60,726 bases of DNA from an uncultured Candidatus Poseidoniales archaeon (GCA_902514485.1 CABXQY010000001.1:1-60726), one strand, 5' to 3'; counted from the stretch's first letter, positions 43,901-52,628 are shown. Notes: generated by a model from the sequence alone, not told the origin. Numbers and translations: made by a program.

Positions 43901-44494
43901 TAAATATGGATTTGAAACAGTTATTTCAGAATCGCTCCAGGTATTAACTCTCTCACTACAATCCCCCCATAGGACGGTAAGGTTTCCTGGCCTAACGAAT
44001 GATTCTCCAACAAATCTAATATTTTGCTGGTAGTAAACTAAGTCATTTACACCATCACCATCAATATCAGCAACTTCAACACGAGTCCCATCGGCAGTAT
44101 CAACGAAGCCAGCTCTCCGAGAATCATTGTTGGATATGAATACGTCTTGTCTATCCGCAAATCCTCCTGAACCATCATTATATAGTACAGTGATAAATAA
44201 TCCCATAGTACTTGCAGATGCTATGTCATTGTCACCATCACAGTCAAGATCCCCGATAGAAATGTAAGAAGGGTCTCTTTGTACCGCATATTGCGTAATG
44301 TGTGATGCAGAGACTGCAGGAACTAATGACACAAAAAGGGAACTGACAAACAAAAAGACAAGAAAGAGCGCTTTCCGGCTCTTCGCGGATTGATTATTCG
44401 TATTGTTCTGGTTATACAACATACTCCTTCGGAGTTTCGTTCCATTCTTAGCACTTATCACCACGTGATTAAGCAGTGTAGAAGAATGATACAA
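37991..44494 (-). CDS. Giant (about 2150 aa) secreted surface protein with an N-terminal FG-GAP/integrin-alpha-like propeller, a C-terminal TM anchor and a cytoplasmic tail
   Basis: Ca-binding FG-GAP loops DLDCDGDNDI, DIDGDGVNDL, DIDGDGNADI, DTDNNGEIDL and DINQDGIYDF. The signal peptide follows an internal Met, so the likely start is nt 44422. The TM LFIGIGGLIAILAIVGVTLVA is followed by a 60-aa tail. Confidence 0.7.
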   Translation of the reverse strand: MYHSSTLLNHVVISAKNGTKLRRSMLYNQNNTNNQSAKSRKALFLVFLFVSSLFVSLVPAVSASHITQYAVQRDPSYISIGDLDCDGDNDIASASTMGLFITVLYNDGSGGFADRQDVFISNNDSRRAGFVDTADGTRVEVADIDGDGVNDLVYYQQNIRFVGESFVRPGNLTVLWGDCSERVNTWSDSEITVSNPYLSDMEVGDIDGDGNADIVMVVRDNTATNQYIQIYKGPDPTLLTAQQTLAVPLTTGLYTDMMLGHYGETVTGGGFPGGGGIGDCEDLDIWLLRTPPYNTGVGTSVGHYDNMTVLEYDCLQGQYPNPLTPGAQGVHEFKLDAEHNEPLYGIDIKDTDNNGEIDLIAAIDGLTGNVSYAYGSGSSWTTQNYAYLGDFKGASITIEDINQDGIYDFFIPTELTLTRIQDSTSQNQTFLLLDNLREINSVEILLGNPNGNGYLPGLSFDVGRRPTMAHPGQLQGGEDSAFEIVIGQRDYAYRFANNAMWLDTQGWPGAGDFLSVLSLDNEDVGITDVSVAPASYNPATGAAQLGEGNRYVNVTIKNTGLNPISGSVDVDLEVKEVLGGVDTIVYANDFDGNEDTSGCNSCAWEKFSYTGEFDEGDSSWHVETGSTVNQNASAWEADSNPTNYYWAGLDYEGGQNESDSGYYNHQDEAVILQNVDLTGSDAAYLDMWAMCSASFFQLYLAEQFDVVERWLYEDSCSVEVWSDGSGWEQVFFAGGWDNDRYFRLLYQGVDPEYNTYNGDISSETITGWLNFTEEGSESPDQEKIDSIDLTPYAGQVIDIRFRFRSGLVGSVGPEGASYDTGLDGFAFDNISIRKRDVTFGTEEVVSQEISFTNLGAGASRDVSLTSDFVDNKTYYISTTLENPSGFLNADATNDEVKFQLNVDNLYDPGVAEEPWVDLENGVRYASGTRDINVKVQNYGNTVTDFQLEARVRNALPDLVAIEDFSFGNSADQIWTDDGNENGSRIDDSSGSNGMLPQNQGVFNNHAYWLGHPDTGYGDNWNETLTIEDIPVGADGADFTYLTFDYYAEGDYLKDSDGNILAIRDAAQLEVSWTKNGENFNGIIFGSWTDLNENGPRPFDSCEDFDNNGYDEVEYFGDFSDKYNSVVWYDSEQIVKSVTVDMSNIFLQNQTSDSTFEWQDECTSLSGSDVTLTWRFLSNDDGVNGNAGSAGFAIDNIRIEEFTFEDDGTYTVDVNGMDASERQLINVANHDFQSGIYRIDVKTIFDNTDPLDKWYNEDEVNLANNFTTIMFSIASADITLMQPDILDCTTDITYACVYTTNKDQQGAYGASSHDFVLPLLNGVIEAEYQLTMRIVDLETGQTVYEENSDNGPFDLVPHERSWANWTAPYSNWYDEHKYNISFFATFTDDGNSSGNERFFEIEFYDQVDVAILSNPTDQNRLQQVKKDLEAMEMTYTQLRVDDWNTYATPDWIEHYNKVLLPWQTDYNVVYGDYYEIMDTTRDTDGLSVVDVLENFMVNGGTVQMHLGPYQNEYDPGRLIFDMAIKDRNQYNFSTDNRINYDDLSIDDPYHPILLGIDKVTFSGIHAGNYVATAGIDVASQVQTNQIPATCGGRISVTGGTFHTLLRDTDQGHSLMSLCNKGAGGLIVTTIDVENPSVSESYGGENIPLLSNMLSYHLTPYPIDFGIAGTDFDLIINGESVDINPTTAAYRDKYIKSNADLEFNYVSTIPGLTADWDLESGNNDSVTGWDGAVLESGLVSHTNQLSPSIPTMGSFCAAGVDEPCRIGAEWLLTLYLHDDAGHTRITYIRLITNDTLADDFYPISAATIIHDDLTSEYITPAGTKPIAGVDWPVYRVRLSETGETTIQFTGENSTDPDAPEGESGIALYEWRVINDMPVGEFNDEQHVWQNPAAVTDEWSYTFRNITTSATIEKDVRVELIVYDKAGKQTQNKYRMYFIIVGEDDGDAQPVWSFTSPRPSDSQSSDDVTIVGNIVGGAENSDVMIEVSLDPLILDYTPTQKITQKSIGKYNVSSNLGDGDGFSMTLDISELYSISGVSATLYFRITEGDGSRYVLTEEIVINLLPKDACVLDPTSSGCGGSESGGINPLFIGIGGLIAILAIVGVTLVARGRGGKDSDDDAVEQFGGVEQMDPVEAYVQQMVASGYDEQTARQYAEQYYASYYAQQKGGN

Positions 44495-44800
44495 CTGAAT
44501 AATGATTAAACCTTTAACTATAATTTACAAATTGTGTTTCAAATTGCAAGAAAAAGATGATTAATATTCTAATCCGCATGTAGATTGATGTCATCAATTT
44601 TAATAGGTCGTTGAAATTACATTGAAGAACTAGAATCAAGTATTAATGATTCGAGTTGTTCACTCAACTTTTGCCACAGGTTATCTACTTCAATACTACT
44701 CATAAACATCGAACAGAGTTGCTACATATATACGGTGGTTTGACAAAAAGATACAATCATGCAAAGATAATCATGAAAAATTCAACATTATCTCTATTAA

Positions 44801-45457
44801 TTATTGAGAGACCAACCAACTAGGATTCGGTGCATAATGAACCTCTGCACCGCCGTATATAAGTTCTAAACGACCCATTATCCAAAGTCGATTTAAGAAT
44901 AATTCTAATTCCGGCCCCTCTTTGTTTATTTTTTCACCAATAAGTTCCTCGATTGCACTTATAGAGAGCGATGTTTGACCATGTTGACGTACTACAAGAG
45001 TCAATAGAATTTGCAACCAAGCTTCAGCCATAGGGTCACCAGATAGATTATTTTTCAGGGGTTCAAGTTCATCTATAGATTCAAGAAATTCCCTAATGTA
45101 TTCTAACTGAGGTTCAGTTCTTGAAGGGCCATCTAACTCAGAAATCTCAGCCTTAATATCTAAATCACCAATTCTTCTTACTACCGCAGGAATACTAGTA
45201 GGGTCAGGGGGTGGACCCGGTAGTTTATTCTCGTCGCTGAGATTTCCTGAATCTTCTTCATGACCCATTGCAGGACTTAATTCTGATTCTGGATCGTGAA
45301 CCAAACCATCAGAAAGTGGCTGGATAAAACCAACTCTACCTTGTAGACCTAATTCTTCACGTAGAGAATTAACAACATTATATTCTCCTTCAATAAGGAC
45401 ATCTATCTTACTCTCAGGAGAATGAAAACGGAATCTAACTTTACCTCTCGTCTGCAT
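44801..45457 (-). CDS. Hypothetical acidic cytoplasmic protein
   Basis: Long ORF with coding-like composition. A Pro-rich linker (KLPGPPPDPTSIP) separates two domains. I recognise no family. Confidence 0.4.
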   Translation of the reverse strand: MQTRGKVRFRFHSPESKIDVLIEGEYNVVNSLREELGLQGRVGFIQPLSDGLVHDPESELSPAMGHEEDSGNLSDENKLPGPPPDPTSIPAVVRRIGDLDIKAEISELDGPSRTEPQLEYIREFLESIDELEPLKNNLSGDPMAEAWLQILLTLVVRQHGQTSLSISAIEELIGEKINKEGPELELFLNRLWIMGRLELIYGGAEVHYAPNPSWLVSQ

Positions 45458-45506
45458 AAGTTATCTCCTGCTACGCCCCTCATAGGTAAAAAATCATGTT
45501 TCAAAA

Positions 45507-48221
45507 TTACTCTTTAGCCAAATTACGTAAAACTGTTTGTAATATGCCGCCATTATTATAATAATCAACCTCAACCGGAGTGTCTAAACGCACTACTGCA
45601 CTAAATTGAATTGATTTACCATTAGTTTTTGTAGCTTCGACTTCTATCGTTGAAAGAGGTATAAGTTTATCATTTGCAGGTATATTGAAAACTTCAGTAC
45701 CATCTAATCCAAGAGTTTCTGCATCTTGACCCTCGATGAAAGTTAGAGGAAGAACGCCCATACCAACTAAATTGGAGCGATGAATACGCTCAAAAGAGGT
45801 TGCAATTACTGCCTTGACCCCGAGTAATAGAGTTCCTTTCGCCGCCCAATCTCTACTGCTACCGGTACCATATTGTGAACCGGCTATTACTATCAAATCA
45901 GTCTCATCGGATTGATATCGTTGACTTGCCTCAAAAATTGATGTTACATCCCCTGTAGGGAAATGAGTTGTCCAGCCCCCTTCAGTTCCTTCTGCTATCT
46001 GATTCTTAATTCGAATATTAGCAAAGGTCCCCCGCATCATAACCTCATGATTACCTCTACGACTACCAAATGAGTTGAAATCTTTTGGATTAACGTCATT
46101 ATCTATCAAATATTTACCAGCCGGGCCATGGTGAGGAAAAGCTCCGGCAGGAGATATATGATCAGTAGTAACAGAATCGCCAAGTTTCAGTAATACTCGA
46201 GCATTTTCAATTGGATGAATTGGAGAAGGTTCAGCCTCTATTCCTTCAAAGAAAGATGGTAGACGGACATAAGTAGAGGACTTATCCCACGGATACAAAG
46301 CAGAGGGTTCGGTAGGTATTGAGTCCCATCTTGGTTCTTCTAAAACATCAGAGTATCTTTTTCTAAACATCTCAGGAGTTAAAGATTCAAGCAACGTTGT
46401 ATGTATTTCTTCATCAGTAGGCCAAATGTCTGAGAGCATTACGGGTACATCTTCAGAGGTATATCCTATTGGGTCATTTTGCAAATCGATATCTAATGTT
46501 CCAGCTAAAGCATAGGCAACCACTAATGGAGGACTTGCCAAATAGTTGGCCTTGATTTTTTGATGTATGCGCCCCTCAAAATTACGATTTCCGGAAAGAA
46601 CGCTGCCTACGATAAGATTCGATTCATCAATTGCCGCCTCAATATCCTCATCAAGAGGCCCGGAATTACCTATGCAAGTCGTACAACCATAACCAACTAC
46701 GTTAAATCCTAGAGCAGATAAATCCTCAGTTAATCCTGCAGCATCGAAATATTCTGTCACTACCCGACTCCCTGGCGCTAAACTAGGTCTCACCCATGGT
46801 TTGATTTCAAGACCCTTGAGTCTAGCATTTCTTGCTAAAAGTCCCGCTGCTAACATAACACTCGGATTACTAGTATTTGTGCAACTTGTTATTGCCGCAA
46901 TTACGATATCTCCATGTTTCAGTTCAACTTCACGACTTTCTATGTAAGATGAATCATCATTCCTACTCTGCTCAATGCCATGACCTTGATGGCCTGAGGG
47001 GGAATTAAGGCTATCACGCCAATGGTTTTTCATATTTGATAAGTCGACACGATCTTGAGGTCTCTTGGGTCCTGCCAGAGCGGGTTCAACTGTACTCAAA
47101 TCTAGTGAAATAGAAGAGGTAAATTTAGGAACAGGAGTATTTTCTGTATGAAATAAGCCTTGAGCAATCATGTATCTTCTAACATCTTCAATATGTGATT
47201 CATTCCTGCCTGAAAGATGCATATAGTCAAGAGTTGTTTGGTCTACTGGGAAGAAGCCACAGGTAGCACCATATTCGGGAGCCATGTTGGCGATAGTTGC
47301 TCGATCAGGAAGACTAAGATTAGCCATTCCTGGGCCATAAAACTCTACAAATTTAGAGACGACTCCATGTCCCCTAAGCATCTCTACAATCCTCAGTGTC
47401 ATATCAGTAGCAGTTACTCCTGGATTTAGTTTACCTTTTAGTTCGAAACCTACTACTTCAGGTAATAGCATGTAGATTGGCTGCCCGAGCATTACTGCTT
47501 CTGCTTCTATTCCACCAACACCCCAACCTAAAACACCGAGGCCATTAATCATGGTAGTATGAGAATCAGTACCAACTAGAGAATCGGGAATCCATAGGTC
47601 ATTTTCCAAACGAGCAACGCTTGCAATCCATTCAAGATTAACTTGATGAACTATTCCTCGACCAGGAGGTACTGCACGGAAATTATCAAGACTCATTTGC
47701 CCCCATTTAAGAAATTTATACCTTTCCATATTACGCTTATATTCAATTTCAAGATTACGCTCTCGAGCATCGGGAAATAGACCTGAAACATCGACTTGGA
47801 CTGAATGATCAATAACCAAATCCACTGGAACCTGAGGATTTACTTTCTCAGGGTTACCGCCTAATTCAACCATTGCATCTCTTAATGCTGCGATATCAAC
47901 TACCGCGGGCACACCAGTAAAATCTTGAAGAATTACTCTACTAGGATTGAATGGTATTTCTTCAGGATTCATTGAAGGAGACCAAGATGCTATTCTTCTA
48001 ACATCGTCTTTTGTCACAAGGAAATCATCGCATTTTCTTAGTGCTGATTCCAATAGTATTCGAATAGTGAAAGGGAGTTCATTAAGATAACAAAGTCCCT
48101 GATTTTCAAGCTCTTTAAGAGACATGAATGAGGCCTTTTCCCCAGAATGTGTATCAAACTCAGACCTTGCAGAGAACAAATCATTAGTTGACATGATAAT
48201 AGCCGCTAAGGCACAGCACAA
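45507..48221 (-). CDS. acnA: Aconitate hydratase A
   Basis: Matching blocks: ILQDFTGVPAVVD, VGTDSHTTMINGLGVLGWGVGGIEAE, the Fe-S Cys motifs ITSCTNTSNP and CTTCIGNSG, and GSSRDWAAKG. The likely start is the internal MSTNDLF. Confidence 0.95.
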   Translation of the reverse strand: MCCALAAIIMSTNDLFSARSEFDTHSGEKASFMSLKELENQGLCYLNELPFTIRILLESALRKCDDFLVTKDDVRRIASWSPSMNPEEIPFNPSRVILQDFTGVPAVVDIAALRDAMVELGGNPEKVNPQVPVDLVIDHSVQVDVSGLFPDARERNLEIEYKRNMERYKFLKWGQMSLDNFRAVPPGRGIVHQVNLEWIASVARLENDLWIPDSLVGTDSHTTMINGLGVLGWGVGGIEAEAVMLGQPIYMLLPEVVGFELKGKLNPGVTATDMTLRIVEMLRGHGVVSKFVEFYGPGMANLSLPDRATIANMAPEYGATCGFFPVDQTTLDYMHLSGRNESHIEDVRRYMIAQGLFHTENTPVPKFTSSISLDLSTVEPALAGPKRPQDRVDLSNMKNHWRDSLNSPSGHQGHGIEQSRNDDSSYIESREVELKHGDIVIAAITSCTNTSNPSVMLAAGLLARNARLKGLEIKPWVRPSLAPGSRVVTEYFDAAGLTEDLSALGFNVVGYGCTTCIGNSGPLDEDIEAAIDESNLIVGSVLSGNRNFEGRIHQKIKANYLASPPLVVAYALAGTLDIDLQNDPIGYTSEDVPVMLSDIWPTDEEIHTTLLESLTPEMFRKRYSDVLEEPRWDSIPTEPSALYPWDKSSTYVRLPSFFEGIEAEPSPIHPIENARVLLKLGDSVTTDHISPAGAFPHHGPAGKYLIDNDVNPKDFNSFGSRRGNHEVMMRGTFANIRIKNQIAEGTEGGWTTHFPTGDVTSIFEASQRYQSDETDLIVIAGSQYGTGSSRDWAAKGTLLLGVKAVIATSFERIHRSNLVGMGVLPLTFIEGQDAETLGLDGTEVFNIPANDKLIPLSTIEVEATKTNGKSIQFSAVVRLDTPVEVDYYNNGGILQTVLRNLAKE

Positions 48222-48259
48222 GAAGATGCCTAATCAATGGGTTCAAATAAATCCTAAAA

Positions 48260-49291
48260 TTAAGCAGAAATAGTTACAGATAGTAGACGAACTTCATATA
48301 CAGGTCTATCGCTATCTCCTGTTTCGACATTGCTGATATCAGTTACTGAACTCAGTCCACTGGAAACTTGACCGAATACTGTATGGACTCCATCGAGATG
48401 ACTAGGATTACTATCTTCAGGGACAATGAAGAATTGGCTTCCACCCGTATTGTCTGCATTAGTCTTGGCCATAGATAGAGCACCAGGCACATGAGTTCTA
48501 CCATTATTCGCTTCATCACCTACTGTCCATGAAGTCTGTGAGCAAGCACTAGAACTATCTTCGGCTTCACCATTGCAATAGCCATACCAATTATGTGCAT
48601 AACCGCCAGTTCCAGTTCCAGATTCAAAATCCCCACCCTGTATCATAAAATTATCAATAATTCGATGAAATATAGTTGCATCATAATTTCCACTTCTGGA
48701 ATGATCTGCAAAGTTCTCAACATGATCTGGAGCATCTTCAGAATACAAATCGATGACAATAGTAGCTGTAGTTCTAGAATTTTCGTCCATTCCGTTTGGA
48801 ACGTAGGATATCTGCATTGTGGCCTGAGATGCAGAACTGGGAGAATCAGCCGCGTAATCCGCGATAACTTTTACAGAAGAAAGCAGCAATAAAATCGCTA
48901 CTAAACCTACAAGTAGACCCATTGGAGTAGGACTACCATTATCCAACATTTGGAAACTCTGCCCAATTGAAATCCCTTCTTGATCCATCAATGAAGTAAG
49001 TTTTCCCCTCTCTCGTAAAGTTTCTTTCGATTTCGGGTCTAATTTTAGAGCATTAGAATAATTCTTATATGCACGCTTTAAATTCGCTTTTCGGGAAGGT
49101 AAATCAAGATCTGCTTTTATCACGTAAATGTTACCTGCTAAAGAAAGTGTTTTGGCTCTCTGTACAGCGTCTTCACAAGAATCCCATGCGACTGAACGGA
49201 GTACGTTTAATGCCGCATCAGGATCATCATTTTTCTTCAGTTCATTTTCTGCTTTGTCCCATGCATTCTGGAGAGTCTCGGAAACAGACAT
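48260..49291 (-). CDS. Membrane-anchored cyclophilin-type peptidyl-prolyl isomerase with an N-terminal TPR-like cytoplasmic domain
   Basis: The C-terminal domain carries FHRIIDNFMIQGGDF, GALSMAKT, GSQFFI and HTVFGQV. A single TM, LLVGLVAILLLLSSV, sits mid-protein. Confidence 0.85.
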   Translation of the reverse strand: MSVSETLQNAWDKAENELKKNDDPDAALNVLRSVAWDSCEDAVQRAKTLSLAGNIYVIKADLDLPSRKANLKRAYKNYSNALKLDPKSKETLRERGKLTSLMDQEGISIGQSFQMLDNGSPTPMGLLVGLVAILLLLSSVKVIADYAADSPSSASQATMQISYVPNGMDENSRTTATIVIDLYSEDAPDHVENFADHSRSGNYDATIFHRIIDNFMIQGGDFESGTGTGGYAHNWYGYCNGEAEDSSSACSQTSWTVGDEANNGRTHVPGALSMAKTNADNTGGSQFFIVPEDSNPSHLDGVHTVFGQVSSGLSSVTDISNVETGDSDRPVYEVRLLSVTISA

Positions 49292-49447
49292 GATGCTTCG
49301 GACAACAATCTAATAAAAAACCGCAACGGGTGCTATCAAGTCAAAAATTTCGGATTGTTGAACGGGAATGCATAAGACCCGTTCCCTACGGCAGTTGACT
49401 CACGCAAGCACCGATGGGGCTACGAAACCAATGGAGAATGTGAAGTA

Positions 49448-51235
49448 ATGGCCATCAGAGTTAATGATTTTACAATTAATATAGCAACAGCAAACGGCAC
49501 TGGTTCTCAATCAGCGAATTTAATAATACTACACTCGATGTATGAGATGGGAGTTCCAGTTAGTGGAAAGAATCTATTTCCAAGTAATATTTCTGGATTG
49601 CCTACTTGGTTCATAATTAGAGCTAGTGATGCAGGTTATCAAGCACCAGGAGATAATACACATATCCAGGTAATGATGAATAAGGATACTTGGGAAAAGG
49701 ATTTGAATAACACAGAACCAGGTACTGTGATTATTTACAATCAAGATGTTAAGTTGCCCGTTGAAAGAGACGATTGCGTAGTTCTTCCAATGCCAATGAC
49801 GAAGATGGCTAGGTCAATTAGCCCAAAAATGGCTAAACTTATGGCAAATATGTACTATGTAGGAGCAATGGCACATATATTAAAAATTGATCAAAGAGCA
49901 ATTGAAACCGCAGTCTCCAATCAATTCGGAGGGAAGGAGAAAGCAATAGAATGGAATCTACAGGCTATTGCTGAAGGGAAAGCATATGCTGAAGAAAATT
50001 GGAATTATGAATCAGAATATATGGCAGAAGCAAGAGAAAAAGACCCAAATACATTCCTAATAGAAGGAAATGAGGCAACTGCTCTAGGTGCAATATATGG
50101 TGGAATTAACATGCTCTCTTGGTACCCAATTACACCATCCTCATCAGTAGCGGAATCGATAATTAGTTGGATACCAAAACTACGTGAAGCAGAAGATGGC
50201 GGAGCCACTTGTGCAGTCGTACAAGCGGAAGACGAATTAGCCGCTGCCGGAATGGTACTAGGCGCAGGCTGGGCTGGAGGCAGAGGGATGACATGTACAA
50301 GTGGACCTGGGATTTCATTAATGTCAGAATTTATCGGGCTATTCTACTTCGCCGAAGTCCCTGGAGTAATTTGGGATGTTAATAGAGTTGGACCATCCAC
50401 TGGATTACCCACAAGAACTCAGCAGGGGGATTTATCTATGCTGTATGAAGCAAGCCATGGAGATACACAACATATCGTATTAATTCCGGGAACTGTGGAT
50501 GAATGCTTCGAATTTGGTTGGAGAGCCTTTGATTATGCAGATAGATTCCAAACTATGGTATTCGGATTTGGAGATTTAGATTTAGGCATGAATAGATGGT
50601 CGACTGCAGGGTTTGAGTACCCAGATATACCAATGGATAGAGGGAAAGTAATTCGAAGTCAAGAGCAAATGGATGCTATTACTAATTATGGTCGTTACAG
50701 AGATGTAGATGGTGACGGAATAGCATATAGAACTCTACCAGGGAGTGGTTTAGATCCTATTCTCTACAGAGGTACTGGCCATGACGAAGATGGAATCTAT
50801 TCAGAAGACCCTCAAGTTTATCACTCTACTATGGAGAGATTGAAAAGGAAAATTGATGGTGCCAGAGATCTACTCCCTGCACCTATCATAAGAGAAGAAG
50901 ATGAGAAAAGTTTGGGAATCATATTCTATGGTTCTATGGAAAATACAATAGTAGAAATTGATGATATGTTGGAAGAAACTGGACTTTCAGTAAGTACATG
51001 CCGTGTTCGTGCTTTACCTTACCACTCAGATGTTAAATCTTTTATCGAGGAACATGATAAAATTGTGGTTCTAGAAATTAATCGAGATGGTCAATTATTT
51101 GGCATACTGAGAAAAGAATTACCAGTGGAATTACTTACGAAAATACAGAGTGTTGCGTACAGTGATGGATTACCACCGAGAGCGAGAGTTTATGCTGATT
51201 TAATTCTTGAAACTATGAAGGAGGGGGAATTGTGA
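49448..51235 (+). CDS. korA: 2-oxoglutarate/2-oxoacid:ferredoxin oxidoreductase alpha subunit
   Basis: Fused gamma/alpha-type architecture (IATANGTGSQSAN..., then EGNEATALGAIYGG...YPITPSS). It is followed by the TPP-binding beta subunit with a 4-nt overlap. Confidence 0.9.
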   Translation: MAIRVNDFTINIATANGTGSQSANLIILHSMYEMGVPVSGKNLFPSNISGLPTWFIIRASDAGYQAPGDNTHIQVMMNKDTWEKDLNNTEPGTVIIYNQDVKLPVERDDCVVLPMPMTKMARSISPKMAKLMANMYYVGAMAHILKIDQRAIETAVSNQFGGKEKAIEWNLQAIAEGKAYAEENWNYESEYMAEAREKDPNTFLIEGNEATALGAIYGGINMLSWYPITPSSSVAESIISWIPKLREAEDGGATCAVVQAEDELAAAGMVLGAGWAGGRGMTCTSGPGISLMSEFIGLFYFAEVPGVIWDVNRVGPSTGLPTRTQQGDLSMLYEASHGDTQHIVLIPGTVDECFEFGWRAFDYADRFQTMVFGFGDLDLGMNRWSTAGFEYPDIPMDRGKVIRSQEQMDAITNYGRYRDVDGDGIAYRTLPGSGLDPILYRGTGHDEDGIYSEDPQVYHSTMERLKRKIDGARDLLPAPIIREEDEKSLGIIFYGSMENTIVEIDDMLEETGLSVSTCRVRALPYHSDVKSFIEEHDKIVVLEINRDGQLFGILRKELPVELLTKIQSVAYSDGLPPRARVYADLILETMKEGEL

Positions 51236-52266
51236 GCATTTTAAAATTGAATGTGATAGACTTGGAGAAATCGGAATATAAGGGCGGGAAATCATCACTA
51301 TGCCCCGGTTGTGGTCATGACCAAATTTCAAATGTAATTATCCAAGCGGCTTGGGAGAATGGAATAAAACCCGAGGGAATAGCCAAAATGAGTGGCATTG
51401 GTTGTTCTTCGAAAACTCCAGCGTATTTCCTGGGGAAAAGTCATGGATTTAATACAGTTCATGGAAGAATGCCTTCAGTTACAACTGGTGCTAATATGGT
51501 GAATAAAGATTTATCATTTTTGGCTGTTTCAGGAGATGGAGATACAGCTAGTATTGGCATTGGACAATTTATTCACGCAATACGTAGAAACTTAGACATG
51601 GTTTATATTATCGAAAATAATGGAGTTTACGGATTGACAAAAGGCCAATACAGTGCGACTGTCGAGAAAGGCTCGAAAAAGAAAAAAGGTACTATGAATG
51701 AACAATCACCAATTGATTTGTGCGCTATGGCTGTTAACTTAGGTTGTAGCTTCGTTGCAAGATCATTTTCAGGCAGTAAAAAACAACTAACTGCATTACT
51801 AAGGGCAGCTATGAGTCATAAGGGAATGGCAATTATCGATGTCATATCTCCGTGCGTTACCTTCGCTAATAACGATGAATCATATAAATCATATAATTAT
51901 GTTAAAGAGAATGACGAGGTACTACATATTGTAGATTATATTGCACATTTCTCCCCTATTGAAGCAGTAGAAGTCCCCGCAGGTGAATTCAAAGAAATAA
52001 AATTATTCGATGGTTCGACATTAAGGCTTGAGACAGTGGGTAACGAGCATGACCCAACAGATCCTGTCGAAGCTCTAAGGGCTATACATGAAGCAGATAG
52101 GGAAAGTAGGCATGTAACAGGTCTGCTTTACTACAACCCTGATAAAAAAACGGCTACTGAAACGCTAGGATTGACAAATACGCCCCTAATGGCTCTACCA
52201 GAATCGGAACTAAGACCTAGTAAGCAGAGTCTTAAAGAATTAAATGACGGTTTTAGAACTAATTAA
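51232..52266 (+). CDS. korB: 2-oxoacid:ferredoxin oxidoreductase beta subunit (TPP-binding)
   Basis: Matching blocks: CPGCGH, SGIGCSS, the TPP motif GDGD...IENNGVYGLTKGQ, and SPCVTF. Confidence 0.9.
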   Translation: MSILKLNVIDLEKSEYKGGKSSLCPGCGHDQISNVIIQAAWENGIKPEGIAKMSGIGCSSKTPAYFLGKSHGFNTVHGRMPSVTTGANMVNKDLSFLAVSGDGDTASIGIGQFIHAIRRNLDMVYIIENNGVYGLTKGQYSATVEKGSKKKKGTMNEQSPIDLCAMAVNLGCSFVARSFSGSKKQLTALLRAAMSHKGMAIIDVISPCVTFANNDESYKSYNYVKENDEVLHIVDYIAHFSPIEAVEVPAGEFKEIKLFDGSTLRLETVGNEHDPTDPVEALRAIHEADRESRHVTGLLYYNPDKKTATETLGLTNTPLMALPESELRPSKQSLKELNDGFRTN

Positions 52267-52323
52267 TAATTTACTTTTAGTATCGGTTTTCTTGAAATAG
52301 AGATGCCGTCTCGGATACACAAT

Positions 52324-52399
52324 AGTCCCTTAGTGTAGTGGTCCATCATGTGGGGTTCTGGATCCCACGACCCTGGTTCGAATCCGGGAGGGACTACCA
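52324..52399 (+). tRNA. tRNA-Gln (anticodon CUG), encoded CCA
   Basis: AGTCCCTTAGTGTAGTGGTCCATCATGTGGGGTTCTGGATCCCACGACCCTGGTTCGAATCCGGGAGGGACTACCA. It has a 7-bp acceptor stem with A1-U72, anticodon loop TT-CTG-GA and T-loop TTCGAAT. Confidence 0.85.
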
Positions 52400-52432
52400 A
52401 AATAACTCAACTGTGGACAATAGTATCTGCAA

Positions 52433-52618
52433 TCAAAAATCTAGTGAACGATTTAGTAACTGAGATACCCAACTTAGCATCATTATTATCATGAACCAAC
52501 CTAGTGCTATTTTCCCCCAAGGTTTCGATTCCTTTATTGGAGGAAATGGGTCAATTCCTGCATCTATAGCTGCTGCAATGATTTCTAATTCTTCTTCAAT
52601 AGTTTCGGGCTTTTTCAT
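52433..52618 (-). CDS. Possible small (61 aa) single-TM protein
   Basis: From the internal ATG at 52618 it encodes MKKPETIEEELEIIAAAIDAGIDPFPP...IALGWFMIIMMLSWV. The longer ORF-track version overlaps the AKR gene. No homology recognised. Confidence 0.25.
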   Translation of the reverse strand: MKKPETIEEELEIIAAAIDAGIDPFPPIKESKPWGKIALGWFMIIMMLSWVSQLLNRSLDF

Positions 52619-52628
52619 ATGATCACAC

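Noticed and set aside
44614-44703. 29-codon ORF in the long spacer upstream of the giant gene
   Set aside because: It is too short, with no RBS and no homology I can judge. It is mentioned in a finding but not reported as a feature.
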